NCBI GenBank assembly: GCA_963737065.1
Contig: CAVTRC010000001.1
Coordinates: 1,728,001 to 1,792,000, forward strand
Direction: 5' to 3'
From: Candidatus Eremiobacteria bacterium
GTDB lineage: Bacteria; Vulcanimicrobiota; Vulcanimicrobiia; Vulcanimicrobiales; Vulcanimicrobiaceae
Length of the DNA stretch: 64,000 nt
Below the pieces are notes generated by a model. It did not search any database. It saw nothing but the letters and a program-made list of their open reading frames with translations, and was not told the DNA's origin. Shown piece by piece: positions 21,463 through 32,427 of the stretch (position 1 is the stretch's first letter; every line of letters begins with the position of its first letter). The translations under genes and the position numbers were made by a program.

Positions 21463-22641
21463 TTGTCTACCACTGGTTTGGTTGTCGACCGCGGACTCGA
21501 AGGCGTCATCGTCGGGTCCACGGATCTTAGTAATGTCGAAGGGCAGATCGGACGCCTGACGTATCGCGGTTACGATATCGACGACCTCGCGCCGAATGCG
21601 TGTTTCGAAGAAGTCGTAAGTCTGTTGCTCTACGGTCATCTGCCGACAACCGATGAACTGGAATCGCTCAAGCGCGAACTCGCATCGCGCGCATCGTTGC
21701 CTGGACCGCTCGTCACGTCCATGCAAAACGTTCCGAAAACTGCGTGGCCGATGGACGTGCTGCGCACGATCGTGAGCGGACTTGCGCTGTTTTCGCCGGT
21801 GAACAACAAAGGCGAACACGTATCCGACGTGCATACTGCGATCGAATTGATCGCCAAGATGACGACGATCGTCGCCGCGTGGGACCGTATTCGGCGGGGA
21901 CTCGATCCGATCGAACCGCGTTCCGACCTTTCGCATGCTGCAAATTTTTTGTATATGCGCAGCGGGAAGGTGCCGACGGAGGTGGAGCAAGACGCGATGG
22001 ACACGTACATGGTGTTGCTCGCCGATCACTCGTACAACGCATCGACCTTTTCCGCACGCGTTACGGCTTCGACTCGCGCCGATTTGTATGCCGCCGTCAC
22101 GGCTGCCATCGCCACGCTAACCGGCGATCTTCACGGCGGTGCTGCGAGCGCATCATACAACAACCTCGTCGCCATCGGTTCACCGGAAAAAGCGGAGAAG
22201 TTCGTGCGTGACGAGCTTGCGAAAGGTCACCGCATCATGGGCATGGGGCATCGCGAGTATCGCGTACGCGACCCGCGCGCCAAGCATCTGGAAGCAATCG
22301 CGAAGAAGCTCTCGCAGCAACGCGGCGATACGAAATGGTATTTGATTGCGCGCGAGCTCGAGGATCAAAGCCAGCGGATTCTCGCGGAAGAGAAACCCGA
22401 TCGGAGAATCTACGCGAACGTCGATTTCTACAGCGCGCCGTTGATGGCCGATCTCGGCATTCCGGGCGACGAATACACGTGCATTTTTGCGTGCGGACGC
22501 ATCGCCGGCTGGGCCGCGCACGTTCTCGAACAGTTGCACGACAACCGGTTGATTCGCCCTCAGGCGACGTACGTCGGTCCGCCACCAGGGCCGTTCGTCC
22601 CAATCGAAGCGCGTGGCGGCGCCGCGGTGGGCACGGCATGA
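21463..22641 (+). CDS. Citrate synthase / 2-methylcitrate synthase family
   Basis: GLEGV, LTYRGY, DHSYNASTF, LHGGA, GMGHREY, NVDFYS; TTG start after GGAGG. Confidence 0.93.
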   Translation: MSTTGLVVDRGLEGVIVGSTDLSNVEGQIGRLTYRGYDIDDLAPNACFEEVVSLLLYGHLPTTDELESLKRELASRASLPGPLVTSMQNVPKTAWPMDVLRTIVSGLALFSPVNNKGEHVSDVHTAIELIAKMTTIVAAWDRIRRGLDPIEPRSDLSHAANFLYMRSGKVPTEVEQDAMDTYMVLLADHSYNASTFSARVTASTRADLYAAVTAAIATLTGDLHGGAASASYNNLVAIGSPEKAEKFVRDELAKGHRIMGMGHREYRVRDPRAKHLEAIAKKLSQQRGDTKWYLIARELEDQSQRILAEEKPDRRIYANVDFYSAPLMADLGIPGDEYTCIFACGRIAGWAAHVLEQLHDNRLIRPQATYVGPPPGPFVPIEARGGAAVGTA

Positions 22642-23360
22642 TCGTCATTCCCGCGCTCGATATTCGCGGTGGGAAGTGTGTTCGCATGGAACGCGGCGAC
22701 TTGAAGACATCAACGGTCTATTCCGACGATCCCGTCGCGCAAGCGCGCGCTTTCGTCAACGCAGGGGCAGAGAACTTGCACGTCATCGATATCGACGCCG
22801 CATTTGGGCACGGCGATAACATGGTCGTCATTCGCGAGATCTGCAGCGCGGTCTCCGTTGCCGTTCAAGTGGGCGGCGGAATCCGCAACGCCGATCAGGC
22901 ACGCGCGCGTATCGAAGCGGGCGCGGCGGAGATCATTCTCGGCACGGTTCTCGTCGAAGACGAGCGCGTTGCTCGCAATATCATCGGCAAGTACGGCGCG
23001 AAGGTCATCGCTGCGATCGATGCGCGCGGAACGCACGTCGCGACTCGCGGCTGGCTCGAGTCTACGCCCGTCGATCGCGACTCGCTCGTGAAGCGCGTCG
23101 CGCAATGGGGCGTGACGCGCGTCATTTTCACGGAAATTCGTCGCGACGGCATGGGCGAGGGCTACGACATCGATGCGCTGCGCGCAGTCGCCGCCGCAGC
23201 CGACGTGAAGGTGACCGCGAACGGCGGCGCGAGAACGATCCACGACATCAAAATCCTTGTGAATGAGGCGCCGCCGTCGGTCGATTCGTGTATCGTCGGC
23301 AGCGCGATCTACAAGGGAACGATCGGCCTGGCGGAGGCCTTCGAAGCGGCTCGCACGTAA
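22638..23360 (+). CDS. hisA: ProFAR isomerase HisA
   Basis: IPALDIRGGKCVR, QVGGGIR, IRRDG, IVGSAIY. Confidence 0.88.
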   Translation: MIVIPALDIRGGKCVRMERGDLKTSTVYSDDPVAQARAFVNAGAENLHVIDIDAAFGHGDNMVVIREICSAVSVAVQVGGGIRNADQARARIEAGAAEIILGTVLVEDERVARNIIGKYGAKVIAAIDARGTHVATRGWLESTPVDRDSLVKRVAQWGVTRVIFTEIRRDGMGEGYDIDALRAVAAAADVKVTANGGARTIHDIKILVNEAPPSVDSCIVGSAIYKGTIGLAEAFEAART

Positions 23361-23370
23361 CCTTAGAACG

Positions 23371-24921
23371 GTGAACAGAATGTTTGCCGTTTTGATGCTT
23401 CTAGCGGTGACGTCGTCACCGGCCGTGGCCGCGCAATCCATCGATCAGATCGCAACGCGGCCCGAACTTCGCGACTCGATTGTCGCGGGCGAAGTCTACG
23501 ATCTCGATTCGCACCGCGTTCTCTATTCGCGCAATCCGTACACGCTGATGGAAGCCGCCTCGACGACGAAACTGGTTACCGAAGGCACGTCGCTCGCGCT
23601 GCTGGGCGCTGATTTCCGCTATACCACACCGGTGTATCGCACGGGCCCGCTCGATGCATCGGGAACGCTCCACGGCGACGTCGTGCTGGTCGCAAGCGGC
23701 GATCCGAATCTCTCGCAGCGCATCAAGCCCGACGGGACGCTCGCCTTCGAGAACGAGGATCATATCTACGGTGGGTCGCTCGACACGCGGGTCGTTCCAG
23801 GTGACCCGCTCGCAGTGTTGCGCGACCTGGCCCAGCAAGTCGTGCACGCGGGCGTCAAGCGAATCGATGGATACGTCCTCGTCGATACGTCGCTCTTCCC
23901 GGATCAGGGTCCGGAAGCGGGAACCGGAACGGTTGTCTCACCGATCGCTGTGAACGACAACGTGGTGGACCTTACGTGGACCGCCGGCGCAAAAGCGGGT
24001 GATCCGGTTCAAATGACCGTTTCGCCGCAAACCTCGTACGTGTCGTTCGTCAACAAAATGACGACGGGCGCGCCGGGTTCGGAATACAAACTGATCCCGA
24101 ACGACGTACCGTCACAGGCTGCGCATACGCACACCGTGACGCTTACGGGCAGCGTTCCCGCCGGGAAGTCCATCGTCGACGCGTATCCCGTGCCCGAACC
24201 CAAATTGTTCGCCCAAGCCGCATTCACGCAGGCGCTGAGCGACGCCGGTGTGTCGGTCGCGTCGCCGACGCCCGACGCATCGCACGCTCCGAATGCCGCG
24301 ATGTACACCGACGCAAACCGGATTGCGCAGCACGTGTCACCGCCGCTTTCCGAGGACGTGTACGTCACGCTGAAGGTTAGCCATAATTTGCACGCCGCGC
24401 TCATGCCCTACATGTGGGCGGTCTACGTTGCGCACGCAAAAACCGATTTTCTCAAAGCCGGCTTCGCGCGGGAACGGCAGTTGCTGACAAACGCGGGGCT
24501 CAACACGTCAAACGCCGTGGAGCAAGATGGACTTGGCGGGTTTGCGTTCTTCACGCCGCAGTTCATGGTTCAGTATCTTGCGTGGGTCGCGAAACAGCCG
24601 TGGTATGCATCGTTTCACCGCGCGTTGCCGATTCTCGGCGTCGATGGGACGCTTTTCAACATTCAAAATGGTTCGCCGGCCGACGGTAAAGTGTTCGCGA
24701 AGACCGGTACGTGGGGCAGCGGCGACGTCTTGAACGATCGCGGCCTCGTCACCAAGGGCCTCGCGGGATTCACAACGACACGAAGCGGCCATCACGTCGC
24801 GTTTGCGTTTTGGATCAATCGTTTGCCCGGCAAACAAAGTATCTACGTGAATCAAGACACCGCGCACCATGCCGGCGAATTGCTCGGTGCGATGGCCGCC
24901 GCAACGTATCTGAATTACTGA
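23371..24921 (+). CDS. dacB: D-Ala-D-Ala carboxypeptidase/endopeptidase (peptidase S13)
   Basis: Signal peptide; ASTTK (SxxK), SGDP, SHN, KTG. Confidence 0.88.
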   Translation: MNRMFAVLMLLAVTSSPAVAAQSIDQIATRPELRDSIVAGEVYDLDSHRVLYSRNPYTLMEAASTTKLVTEGTSLALLGADFRYTTPVYRTGPLDASGTLHGDVVLVASGDPNLSQRIKPDGTLAFENEDHIYGGSLDTRVVPGDPLAVLRDLAQQVVHAGVKRIDGYVLVDTSLFPDQGPEAGTGTVVSPIAVNDNVVDLTWTAGAKAGDPVQMTVSPQTSYVSFVNKMTTGAPGSEYKLIPNDVPSQAAHTHTVTLTGSVPAGKSIVDAYPVPEPKLFAQAAFTQALSDAGVSVASPTPDASHAPNAAMYTDANRIAQHVSPPLSEDVYVTLKVSHNLHAALMPYMWAVYVAHAKTDFLKAGFARERQLLTNAGLNTSNAVEQDGLGGFAFFTPQFMVQYLAWVAKQPWYASFHRALPILGVDGTLFNIQNGSPADGKVFAKTGTWGSGDVLNDRGLVTKGLAGFTTTRSGHHVAFAFWINRLPGKQSIYVNQDTAHHAGELLGAMAAATYLNY

Positions 24922-25805
24922 GGTCGCGGCGTCGGCCGCACCTTGGGGACGATGACGCGCGGACGCGGTTGAGGAGTGTATTTCGCCGGCGGCACCGGCG
25001 CGATGGTCGGCGCGATCGTCGGCGCCATCACCGGTGACGGCGTGCGATGCACGGGGCCCGGTAACGGCACGCGAGTCGGTTGCGGTGCAGCTGTCGGCCG
25101 TACCGCGGAGCGCGGCAGCAACTGAACGAATACGGGGAACGGCGCGTATGTGACCGTACCGTCGGGCCCAACGTACATCGCCGTAACGGGACAATTGATT
25201 GCCGTACCGACGGCCGCCGTCGGAATCAATCCCGTGTAAAACTGCGAGAGCGGCGCCGCGTTGAGCGGAAACTGCCATGCCGACGTGCAGACGAAGGCAA
25301 AAGCCTGTCCGCCGGGCGGCGCCGTCATTTGTACGTTGATCGGCGCGCCGCCGACGAATTGATTTCCCGACACATTGAACATCACCGCCGACTGAAACGG
25401 CGCACCGTATGAGTTGAATGTAGGCGCGCCAGCAGTGTCGGGTTCGGGCGGGGTCGTCGTCTCAAACGACCACGACGTCTGAAACTTCTTGCCGTCGCTA
25501 TCGGTGCCGCTGATCGATACCATGTGCGTTCCCTGCGCCAATCCGTCGCGCGGAATATACGTCACGTATTGACCGGCGTAGCTTGCGTTGGTCGTCACGT
25601 CGACGCTATCGAGTATCAGGTGCAGCGTCGCGATCGACGCGCCGCGCGAAATCGGCAGCCGTGCCGAGATCGTCGGATATGCAGAAGCGATGCGCGCCTC
25701 GGGTGCGGGCTGCTCGTCCTTCAACGGCGCGGCGCTCGGCGCAACGGATGGCGCGGCCGCAACGGCGACCGCCTGCACGGTAATGGCCGGCTGCCCGGTA
25801 ATCAT
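24915..25805 (-). CDS. Hypothetical protein with Ig-like beta domains and Pro-rich tail
   Basis: 296-aa ORF with Thr/Gly-rich beta-type core and PTPRP-like C-terminus. Confidence 0.65.
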   Translation of the reverse strand: MITGQPAITVQAVAVAAAPSVAPSAAPLKDEQPAPEARIASAYPTISARLPISRGASIATLHLILDSVDVTTNASYAGQYVTYIPRDGLAQGTHMVSISGTDSDGKKFQTSWSFETTTPPEPDTAGAPTFNSYGAPFQSAVMFNVSGNQFVGGAPINVQMTAPPGGQAFAFVCTSAWQFPLNAAPLSQFYTGLIPTAAVGTAINCPVTAMYVGPDGTVTYAPFPVFVQLLPRSAVRPTAAPQPTRVPLPGPVHRTPSPVMAPTIAPTIAPVPPAKYTPQPRPRVIVPKVRPTPRPQ

Positions 25806-25890
25806 GTGCCCCTATAACGCATCATGCGAAAGTGTTCGTTGCGATGACGCTGATTTCTTCACCGAACCGGCGAGCCGCGTGGTGCGTATC

Positions 25891-27024
25891 TTAGTTGTCG
25901 GTGTAGACGCGCGGCAACGACTCCGGAATCCGCGTGACGACTTCGTAGTTGATTGAGCCGCTCCACGTGCCCCAGTTTTCTGCCGTGATTTCGTCGTTGC
26001 CGTCGCGACCGATGAGCGTCACGCGCGATCCGCTTCGGGCATTGGAAGCATGCGTCAGATCGATCGCGCACATGTTCATCGCGATGCGGCCCAAAATCGC
26101 ACAACGCGCGCCGTCAACGAGCATCGAACCGACGTTGCCGAGCGCGCGCGGAATGCCGTCGGCATACCCCAGCGGCACGATGCCGATGCGCATCGGGCGT
26201 GGCGCGTGATACGTCGTGCCGTAGCCGATCGCTTCACCGGCCGCGATTTGCCGCGTCGTGACCACTTCAGTAACGTACGTCAAGGCGGGCTCTAACGGCA
26301 ATGTTCCGCCGTTCATTGCTTCGCGCGTCTGCGGCGAAGGCCACAAGCCGTACAACGCGATGCCGATGCGACACATGTCCAGCCGCGTTTGCGGCCACAG
26401 CATCGCCGCGGCCGACGCGGCGATATGACGGATTGGAATCGCGTCGTGTGACGCGAGAACCGGCTCGGACTGCGCGTATGCTTTGGTGAAGCGTTCGAGC
26501 TGATGCAGCGTGTACGGCGAATCGATCTCTTCCGCTGACGCAAGATGCGAAAAAATGCCCGCAATCTCGATGTCCGGCACGCGGCAATAGTCTTCGATGG
26601 CATCCGCGAGTTCTTCCGGTTCGAGCCCCAAGCGGTTCAGGCCAGTGTTCACTTTGACGTGGACCTTGACGCGCTTGTGCGCCTTCTTGGACGCGTTCGC
26701 GAGGGTGCGAACGTATTCGTGCATATCCCACAACGCCATCTCGACGTTGAGCTCGAGCATGTCGTCGAAGACGTCGTGCGGCATCGGGCCCATGACGAGA
26801 ATCGGTACGGTGACGCCGCCCTCGCGCAGCGCTACCGCTTCTTCTATCGAGTATACGCAGAGCTTTTTTGCGAACGGCTCCACGGCAAGGGCTGTTTCGA
26901 TGATGCCATGCCCGTACGCGTTGCCTTTGACGACAAACGCCGCGGCGCTCGGAGCGATGAGATTGCGAAGCGCCTCGGCGTTATGGCGTAACGCCGAGAG
27001 CGAAACGTGGATCGCACCGATCAC
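25891..27024 (-). CDS. alr: Alanine racemase
   Basis: VVKGNAYGHG, HVKVNTGLNRLG, IGYG, GYADG, INYE. Confidence 0.96.
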   Translation of the reverse strand: MIGAIHVSLSALRHNAEALRNLIAPSAAAFVVKGNAYGHGIIETALAVEPFAKKLCVYSIEEAVALREGGVTVPILVMGPMPHDVFDDMLELNVEMALWDMHEYVRTLANASKKAHKRVKVHVKVNTGLNRLGLEPEELADAIEDYCRVPDIEIAGIFSHLASAEEIDSPYTLHQLERFTKAYAQSEPVLASHDAIPIRHIAASAAAMLWPQTRLDMCRIGIALYGLWPSPQTREAMNGGTLPLEPALTYVTEVVTTRQIAAGEAIGYGTTYHAPRPMRIGIVPLGYADGIPRALGNVGSMLVDGARCAILGRIAMNMCAIDLTHASNARSGSRVTLIGRDGNDEITAENWGTWSGSINYEVVTRIPESLPRVYTDN

Positions 27025-27491
27025 GCGTGCTCATCCATACGCGCGACGACGTAAGCGACCGGCAGACCGAAGAAAACGCAGTGCGCGATCAGCGCGTTGA
27101 GCAGCATCGGTGCCGACGATGGCGGCCCCAACTTGCGTGCGCCGAGCAGAAAAATGTCCATGAAGATGTAGACGACGATTCCGTATGCCGGCCCTGAGAT
27201 GTACCAGCGCGCATTCATGAAGCGTTGCCCCTGCGCTAGATATGCGTAGCCGCCCGCCCACGAGATGCTGATGAAAAAGTGGATCAGCAGTCCGAGCCAG
27301 GCATACGCCGGACTCGTGAATGCCACGTCGCCGATAGCGGCGGATGCAATCCATTGCCAGCTTCCGAGTATGCTTGCGTGAACGGGTACGATGGTGGTCG
27401 CAATGAGATACACCTCGAGAAGCACGCCCGCGATAATGCCGGCCGCGAACGCCTGGCGAACGATCGCATTCCAATTCCGTTTTTCCGTCAT
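27021..27491 (-). CDS. 4-TM membrane protein
   Basis: Hydrophobic helices containing His (LIHFF, AHCVFFG); coupled to the alr start. Confidence 0.75.
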   Translation of the reverse strand: MTEKRNWNAIVRQAFAAGIIAGVLLEVYLIATTIVPVHASILGSWQWIASAAIGDVAFTSPAYAWLGLLIHFFISISWAGGYAYLAQGQRFMNARWYISGPAYGIVVYIFMDIFLLGARKLGPPSSAPMLLNALIAHCVFFGLPVAYVVARMDEHA

Positions 27492-28587
27492 GAGCCGGTG
27501 CTTTCGCATCGCATCGCTCGCTCTACTCTTTGCCGTTTCTGCGATTGCCGCCGCCGTTTCAGCCGACTATCCGCCGCCCACGAGCGGCACGTATACGATT
27601 CCGTCGTTCAGCTTTGCCGACGGCGAAACGTTAACGAACCTTCGTTTGCATTACGAAACGTTTGGAACGCCGCAGACCGATGCATCCGGGCGAACGACGA
27701 ACGCCGTACTCGTCATTCACGGAACCGGTGGATCGGCACAGCAGTTCATCAGCGATCGCTTTGCGGGCGTGCTCTTCAAGCCGGGCGGCATTCTGGATGC
27801 GAGCAAGTATTTCATCATTCTTCCCGACGAAATCGGCCACGGTCAGTCGAGCAAACCGAGCGACGGAATGCGCGCGAAGTTTCCGCATTACGGTTATCAC
27901 GACATGGTGCGCGCAACGCACGATATGATCGTCAATGGATTGCACGTCAATCGCCTGCGCTTGGTCATGGGTACGTCGATGGGCGGAATGCAAACGTGGA
28001 TGTGGGGCGAGATGTATCCGACGATGATGGATGCGTTGATGCCGCTTGCGAGTCTGCCCGTCCAAATATCCGGGCGCAATCGCATTTGGCGCGACATGGT
28101 GGCCGATCTGATCACGAGTTCGCCGGGTTACGACGGCGGGAATTACACGAAGGAACCGTACGGTATGAGAGGCGCGGCCGATTTACTGTGGATGGTGGGC
28201 AGCGCACCGCTCTACGATCAGAGCATTATGCCGACGCGCGTCGCAGCAGACGCATATTACAAGGACCACGTCGCGACGCTTGCAACGCACTATGATGCTA
28301 ACGATTTGCTGTATCAAATTACGGCCTCGAGCGATTACGATCCCGAACCGCAGCTCGGTTCAATCGTTGCGCCATTGCTGGCAATCAACTCCGCCGACGA
28401 CCAAATCAACCCGCCGGAATTGGGAATTCTTGAGCGAGAAATTACGCGCGTACCGCACGGACGATTCATTATTTTGCCGATAACTAGCCAAACACGCGGA
28501 CACGGCACGCATACGCTGCCCGCGGTGTGGGGCCGGTACCTGGAAGAGTTCTTGCAACAAACCGCTCCGAACCGACCAAGCAAGTAG
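27490..28587 (+). CDS. Secreted alpha/beta hydrolase, homoserine acetyltransferase-like
   Basis: Signal peptide; HGTGG, GTSMGG nucleophile elbow, ADD, GHGTH. Confidence 0.88.
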   Translation: MSRCFRIASLALLFAVSAIAAAVSADYPPPTSGTYTIPSFSFADGETLTNLRLHYETFGTPQTDASGRTTNAVLVIHGTGGSAQQFISDRFAGVLFKPGGILDASKYFIILPDEIGHGQSSKPSDGMRAKFPHYGYHDMVRATHDMIVNGLHVNRLRLVMGTSMGGMQTWMWGEMYPTMMDALMPLASLPVQISGRNRIWRDMVADLITSSPGYDGGNYTKEPYGMRGAADLLWMVGSAPLYDQSIMPTRVAADAYYKDHVATLATHYDANDLLYQITASSDYDPEPQLGSIVAPLLAINSADDQINPPELGILEREITRVPHGRFIILPITSQTRGHGTHTLPAVWGRYLEEFLQQTAPNRPSK

Positions 28588-28716
28588 CAGCCAGAATGCC
28601 AGCCGAGCGGTCGCTCTGTGGCGCAACTGCACGGGTATCCGCGAAGTTGTACGCGGAGCGACAAACCTTTATAGCGCTCTAAGCGATTTGTCAGTTGCTC
28701 GGAGTACGTTGCTACC

Positions 28717-29010
28717 ATGATGGGAAGTCGCCCGGTTCGCGAGCCCAACGAATTCGTGATCTGGAGCGCCAGCACGCTCTTGGGTCTCGTGCTTGGGATC
28801 GGAACCGCATTCATGCTCTGGGTGCAGCTGCATCGGAGCGCCGATCGGGCGGTCCTTGACGGCGCGGTCGTAGCGCTTGCACTCGGCCTTTCACTCGTCG
28901 CCGTCGCGGTTGAGAACCGCACGACCCGGCTCTTCATGTGGTCGTCGGCTGCCGGCCTCGTTGGCGCCTTTTTCGCCGGCGCCGGCGCGTTCGCAAGTCT
29001 CGCTGGCTAG
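28717..29010 (+). CDS. Small 3-TM hypothetical membrane protein
   Basis: 97-aa hydrophobic ORF filling the gap before the groES promoter. Confidence 0.6.
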   Translation: MMGSRPVREPNEFVIWSASTLLGLVLGIGTAFMLWVQLHRSADRAVLDGAVVALALGLSLVAVAVENRTTRLFMWSSAAGLVGAFFAGAGAFASLAG

Positions 29011-29045
29011 GCGGTTCGCGCGCGATTCGGCGCCATTGCTTGGTT

Positions 29046-29075
29046 CTTGCACTCTCCATCCCGGTCTGCTAAGAT
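29046..29075 (+). promoter_or_regulatory. groESL promoter with overlapping degenerate CIRCE
   Basis: TTGCAC (29047-29052), 17 nt, TAAGAT (29070-29075); CTTGCACTC-N9-GTCTGCTAA at 29046-29072. Confidence 0.75.
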
Positions 29076-29082
29076 TCCATGG

Positions 29083-29109
29083 CTGGCACTCTTCTGCTGT
29101 GAGTGCCAA
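29083..29109 (+). promoter_or_regulatory. CIRCE (HrcA operator)
   Basis: CTGGCACTC-N9-GAGTGCCAA versus consensus TTAGCACTC-N9-GAGTGCTAA. Confidence 0.9.
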
Positions 29110-29151
29110 TCCCCATAAGACATTCGTTCATATAGCGTTTTGGAGGTTTAC

Positions 29152-29457
29152 GTGAATCTCAAGCCTTTGGCTGATCGCGTGGTCATTGAGCACGTCGAGC
29201 AGAGCGAGAAGACCAATACCGGTATCTTCTTGCCCGACACTGCAAAGGAAAAACCGCAAGAGGGCGTTGTCCGTGCGGTCGGCACCGGCCGCGTGACGGA
29301 CGACGGCAAAACCCTCGCGATGACCGTCAAGGTCGGCGACCGAGTCATCTATTCGAAGTACTCGGGCTCCGAAGTGAAGATCGACGGTCAAGAGTACCTC
29401 ATTGTTTCCGAAAAAGACGTCCTTGCGATCGTCGACAAAGTTCCGGCTAGCGTTTAA
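29152..29457 (+). CDS. groES: Co-chaperonin GroES
   Basis: [26 protein letters not shown]. Confidence 0.98.
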   Translation: MNLKPLADRVVIEHVEQSEKTNTGIFLPDTAKEKPQEGVVRAVGTGRVTDDGKTLAMTVKVGDRVIYSKYSGSEVKIDGQEYLIVSEKDVLAIVDKVPASV

Positions 29458-29467
29458 GGAGCACTAG

Positions 29468-31141
<1,674 letters not shown>

Positions 31142-31147
31142 TTTCAA

Positions 31148-31169
31148 GTCACCCTGAGCTTGTCGAAGG
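31148..31169 (+). repeat. Possible REP-like element (single copy here)
   Basis: GTCACCCTGAGCTTGTCGAAGG resembles a widespread extragenic repeat family. Recognition is from memory only. Confidence 0.4.
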
Positions 31170-31174
31170 ACGCG

Positions 31175-31206
31175 AAGGGCGCTGCGATGATCGCAGCGCC
31201 CTTTTT
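31175..31206 (+). terminator. Intrinsic terminator of groESL
   Basis: AAGGGCGCTGCGA-TGA-TCGCAGCGCCCTT followed by a T-run. Confidence 0.9.
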
Positions 31207-31264
31207 GTTGTACGGCAGCGTATGTTGAAAGATTTATCAGTCGCGCACGAGATTGCGCTCGAAT

Positions 31265-32365
31265 TTACCCACTGAGGCCCTTCAACATGTCGCGCAGCGC
31301 GTGAAGAGCTTCCCGACGCAGCCTGTACAGCACGAAATAGCTTTCGCGCCGCCGTTGAAGCACGCCCGCTTCATAGAGCACGCGCAAATGCCGCGAAACG
31401 ACCGGCTCGGATGTCTGCAAGAAGCCGGCCAGTTCTCGCGTCGACAGGTCGCGCTGCGCGAGCAACTCAATGATGCGCAGGCGCGAGCGCTCGCCAAGCG
31501 CGTTAAGCAAACGCGCAGCTGCCGTGCGATTTGGAATGTTTCGCGCAGTTGCCGGCAGTGCAGGGAGCGGATATACAAGGGTACAGTCTACCCCGCCGTT
31601 CTTGCGGCGCAGGAAAAACGATTGGACTTGCGGCCAGGTGAAATACGAGGGGACTAACGTGAACGATGAGCGCTCCGTCAAAATCCGGACCGAATCGGAA
31701 GCTCCGAATCGTATCGTGCAGTGACGCCGATTCTCTCGTCGGACCGTGACGTCCGGTGTGAGCGTTCGCAAGAGCGCAGCGAGACCATGGAGCCGCAGAA
31801 TCCCCGTGCGCATCTCTACATCGCGCCGCAATTGCGCGTCGATCGAGCCCATGAGCGGTTCCATCACGCCGTTGTAGAACGCTTCGAGCGACGCGCACAG
31901 TCGATCCAAGCTCGATCGCGGAGAGGCGACGAATTCTTCGAGCATCGCCCGCGCTTGCGGATGATCTTCGGCGTAGCGGCGCGCTGCGTTTCGATACCAC
32001 GATTTTTTCCGGAGTTGCGCAATGCGCGCATCATCGACCAGCCGTTCACCACTCAATCGAATAAGCAGCGCATCGGTATACGGGCGGAGCGCGCGGCGTA
32101 GTACGGCAAGTTCGCGCGCAAAGTCACGCTGTTCCGCCGCCGGCCAGACGCCTGGGAAAACTTCCGGCGTGCGCGCAAAAATAAAGCCAAAGTGGCGAAT
32201 CTCTCGCTTGAGCTCGCGCGAGATAGACGGACGCGCGCGGCGCACCCACGTCAGTTGCTCCGCATGCTGCGCGGGTGCGAAAAGGACGGCCATGGCGCGC
32301 AGCGTTTCACGGCCCGCGGAGTATCCGAACTGCAGATGAGATTGACGGATGCCCTGGATTTCCAA
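31265..32365 (-). CDS. Regulator with C-terminal ArsR/SmtB HTH (DUF5937-like N-terminus)
   Basis: ALGERSRLRIIELL...VSRHLRVLYEAGVL...VLYRL; LVPSYF and LVYP motifs. Confidence 0.85.
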   Translation of the reverse strand: MEIQGIRQSHLQFGYSAGRETLRAMAVLFAPAQHAEQLTWVRRARPSISRELKREIRHFGFIFARTPEVFPGVWPAAEQRDFARELAVLRRALRPYTDALLIRLSGERLVDDARIAQLRKKSWYRNAARRYAEDHPQARAMLEEFVASPRSSLDRLCASLEAFYNGVMEPLMGSIDAQLRRDVEMRTGILRLHGLAALLRTLTPDVTVRRENRRHCTIRFGASDSVRILTERSSFTLVPSYFTWPQVQSFFLRRKNGGVDCTLVYPLPALPATARNIPNRTAAARLLNALGERSRLRIIELLAQRDLSTRELAGFLQTSEPVVSRHLRVLYEAGVLQRRRESYFVLYRLRREALHALRDMLKGLSG

Positions 32366-32427
32366 AACTGATTACTGCTTTGGCTAATGAGTTGACCGAG
32401 CCTGTTTTGCGGCCGCATGATGCGTTC

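Noticed and set aside
21463..24921. Citrate synthase-hisA-dacB as one functional pathway
   Set aside because: The functions are unrelated, and dacB has its own candidate -10 box; likely simple gene packing.
28588..28716. Imperfect inverted repeats (GACAAA/TTTGTC) as a riboswitch
   Set aside because: Pairing is short and I recognise no riboswitch consensus.
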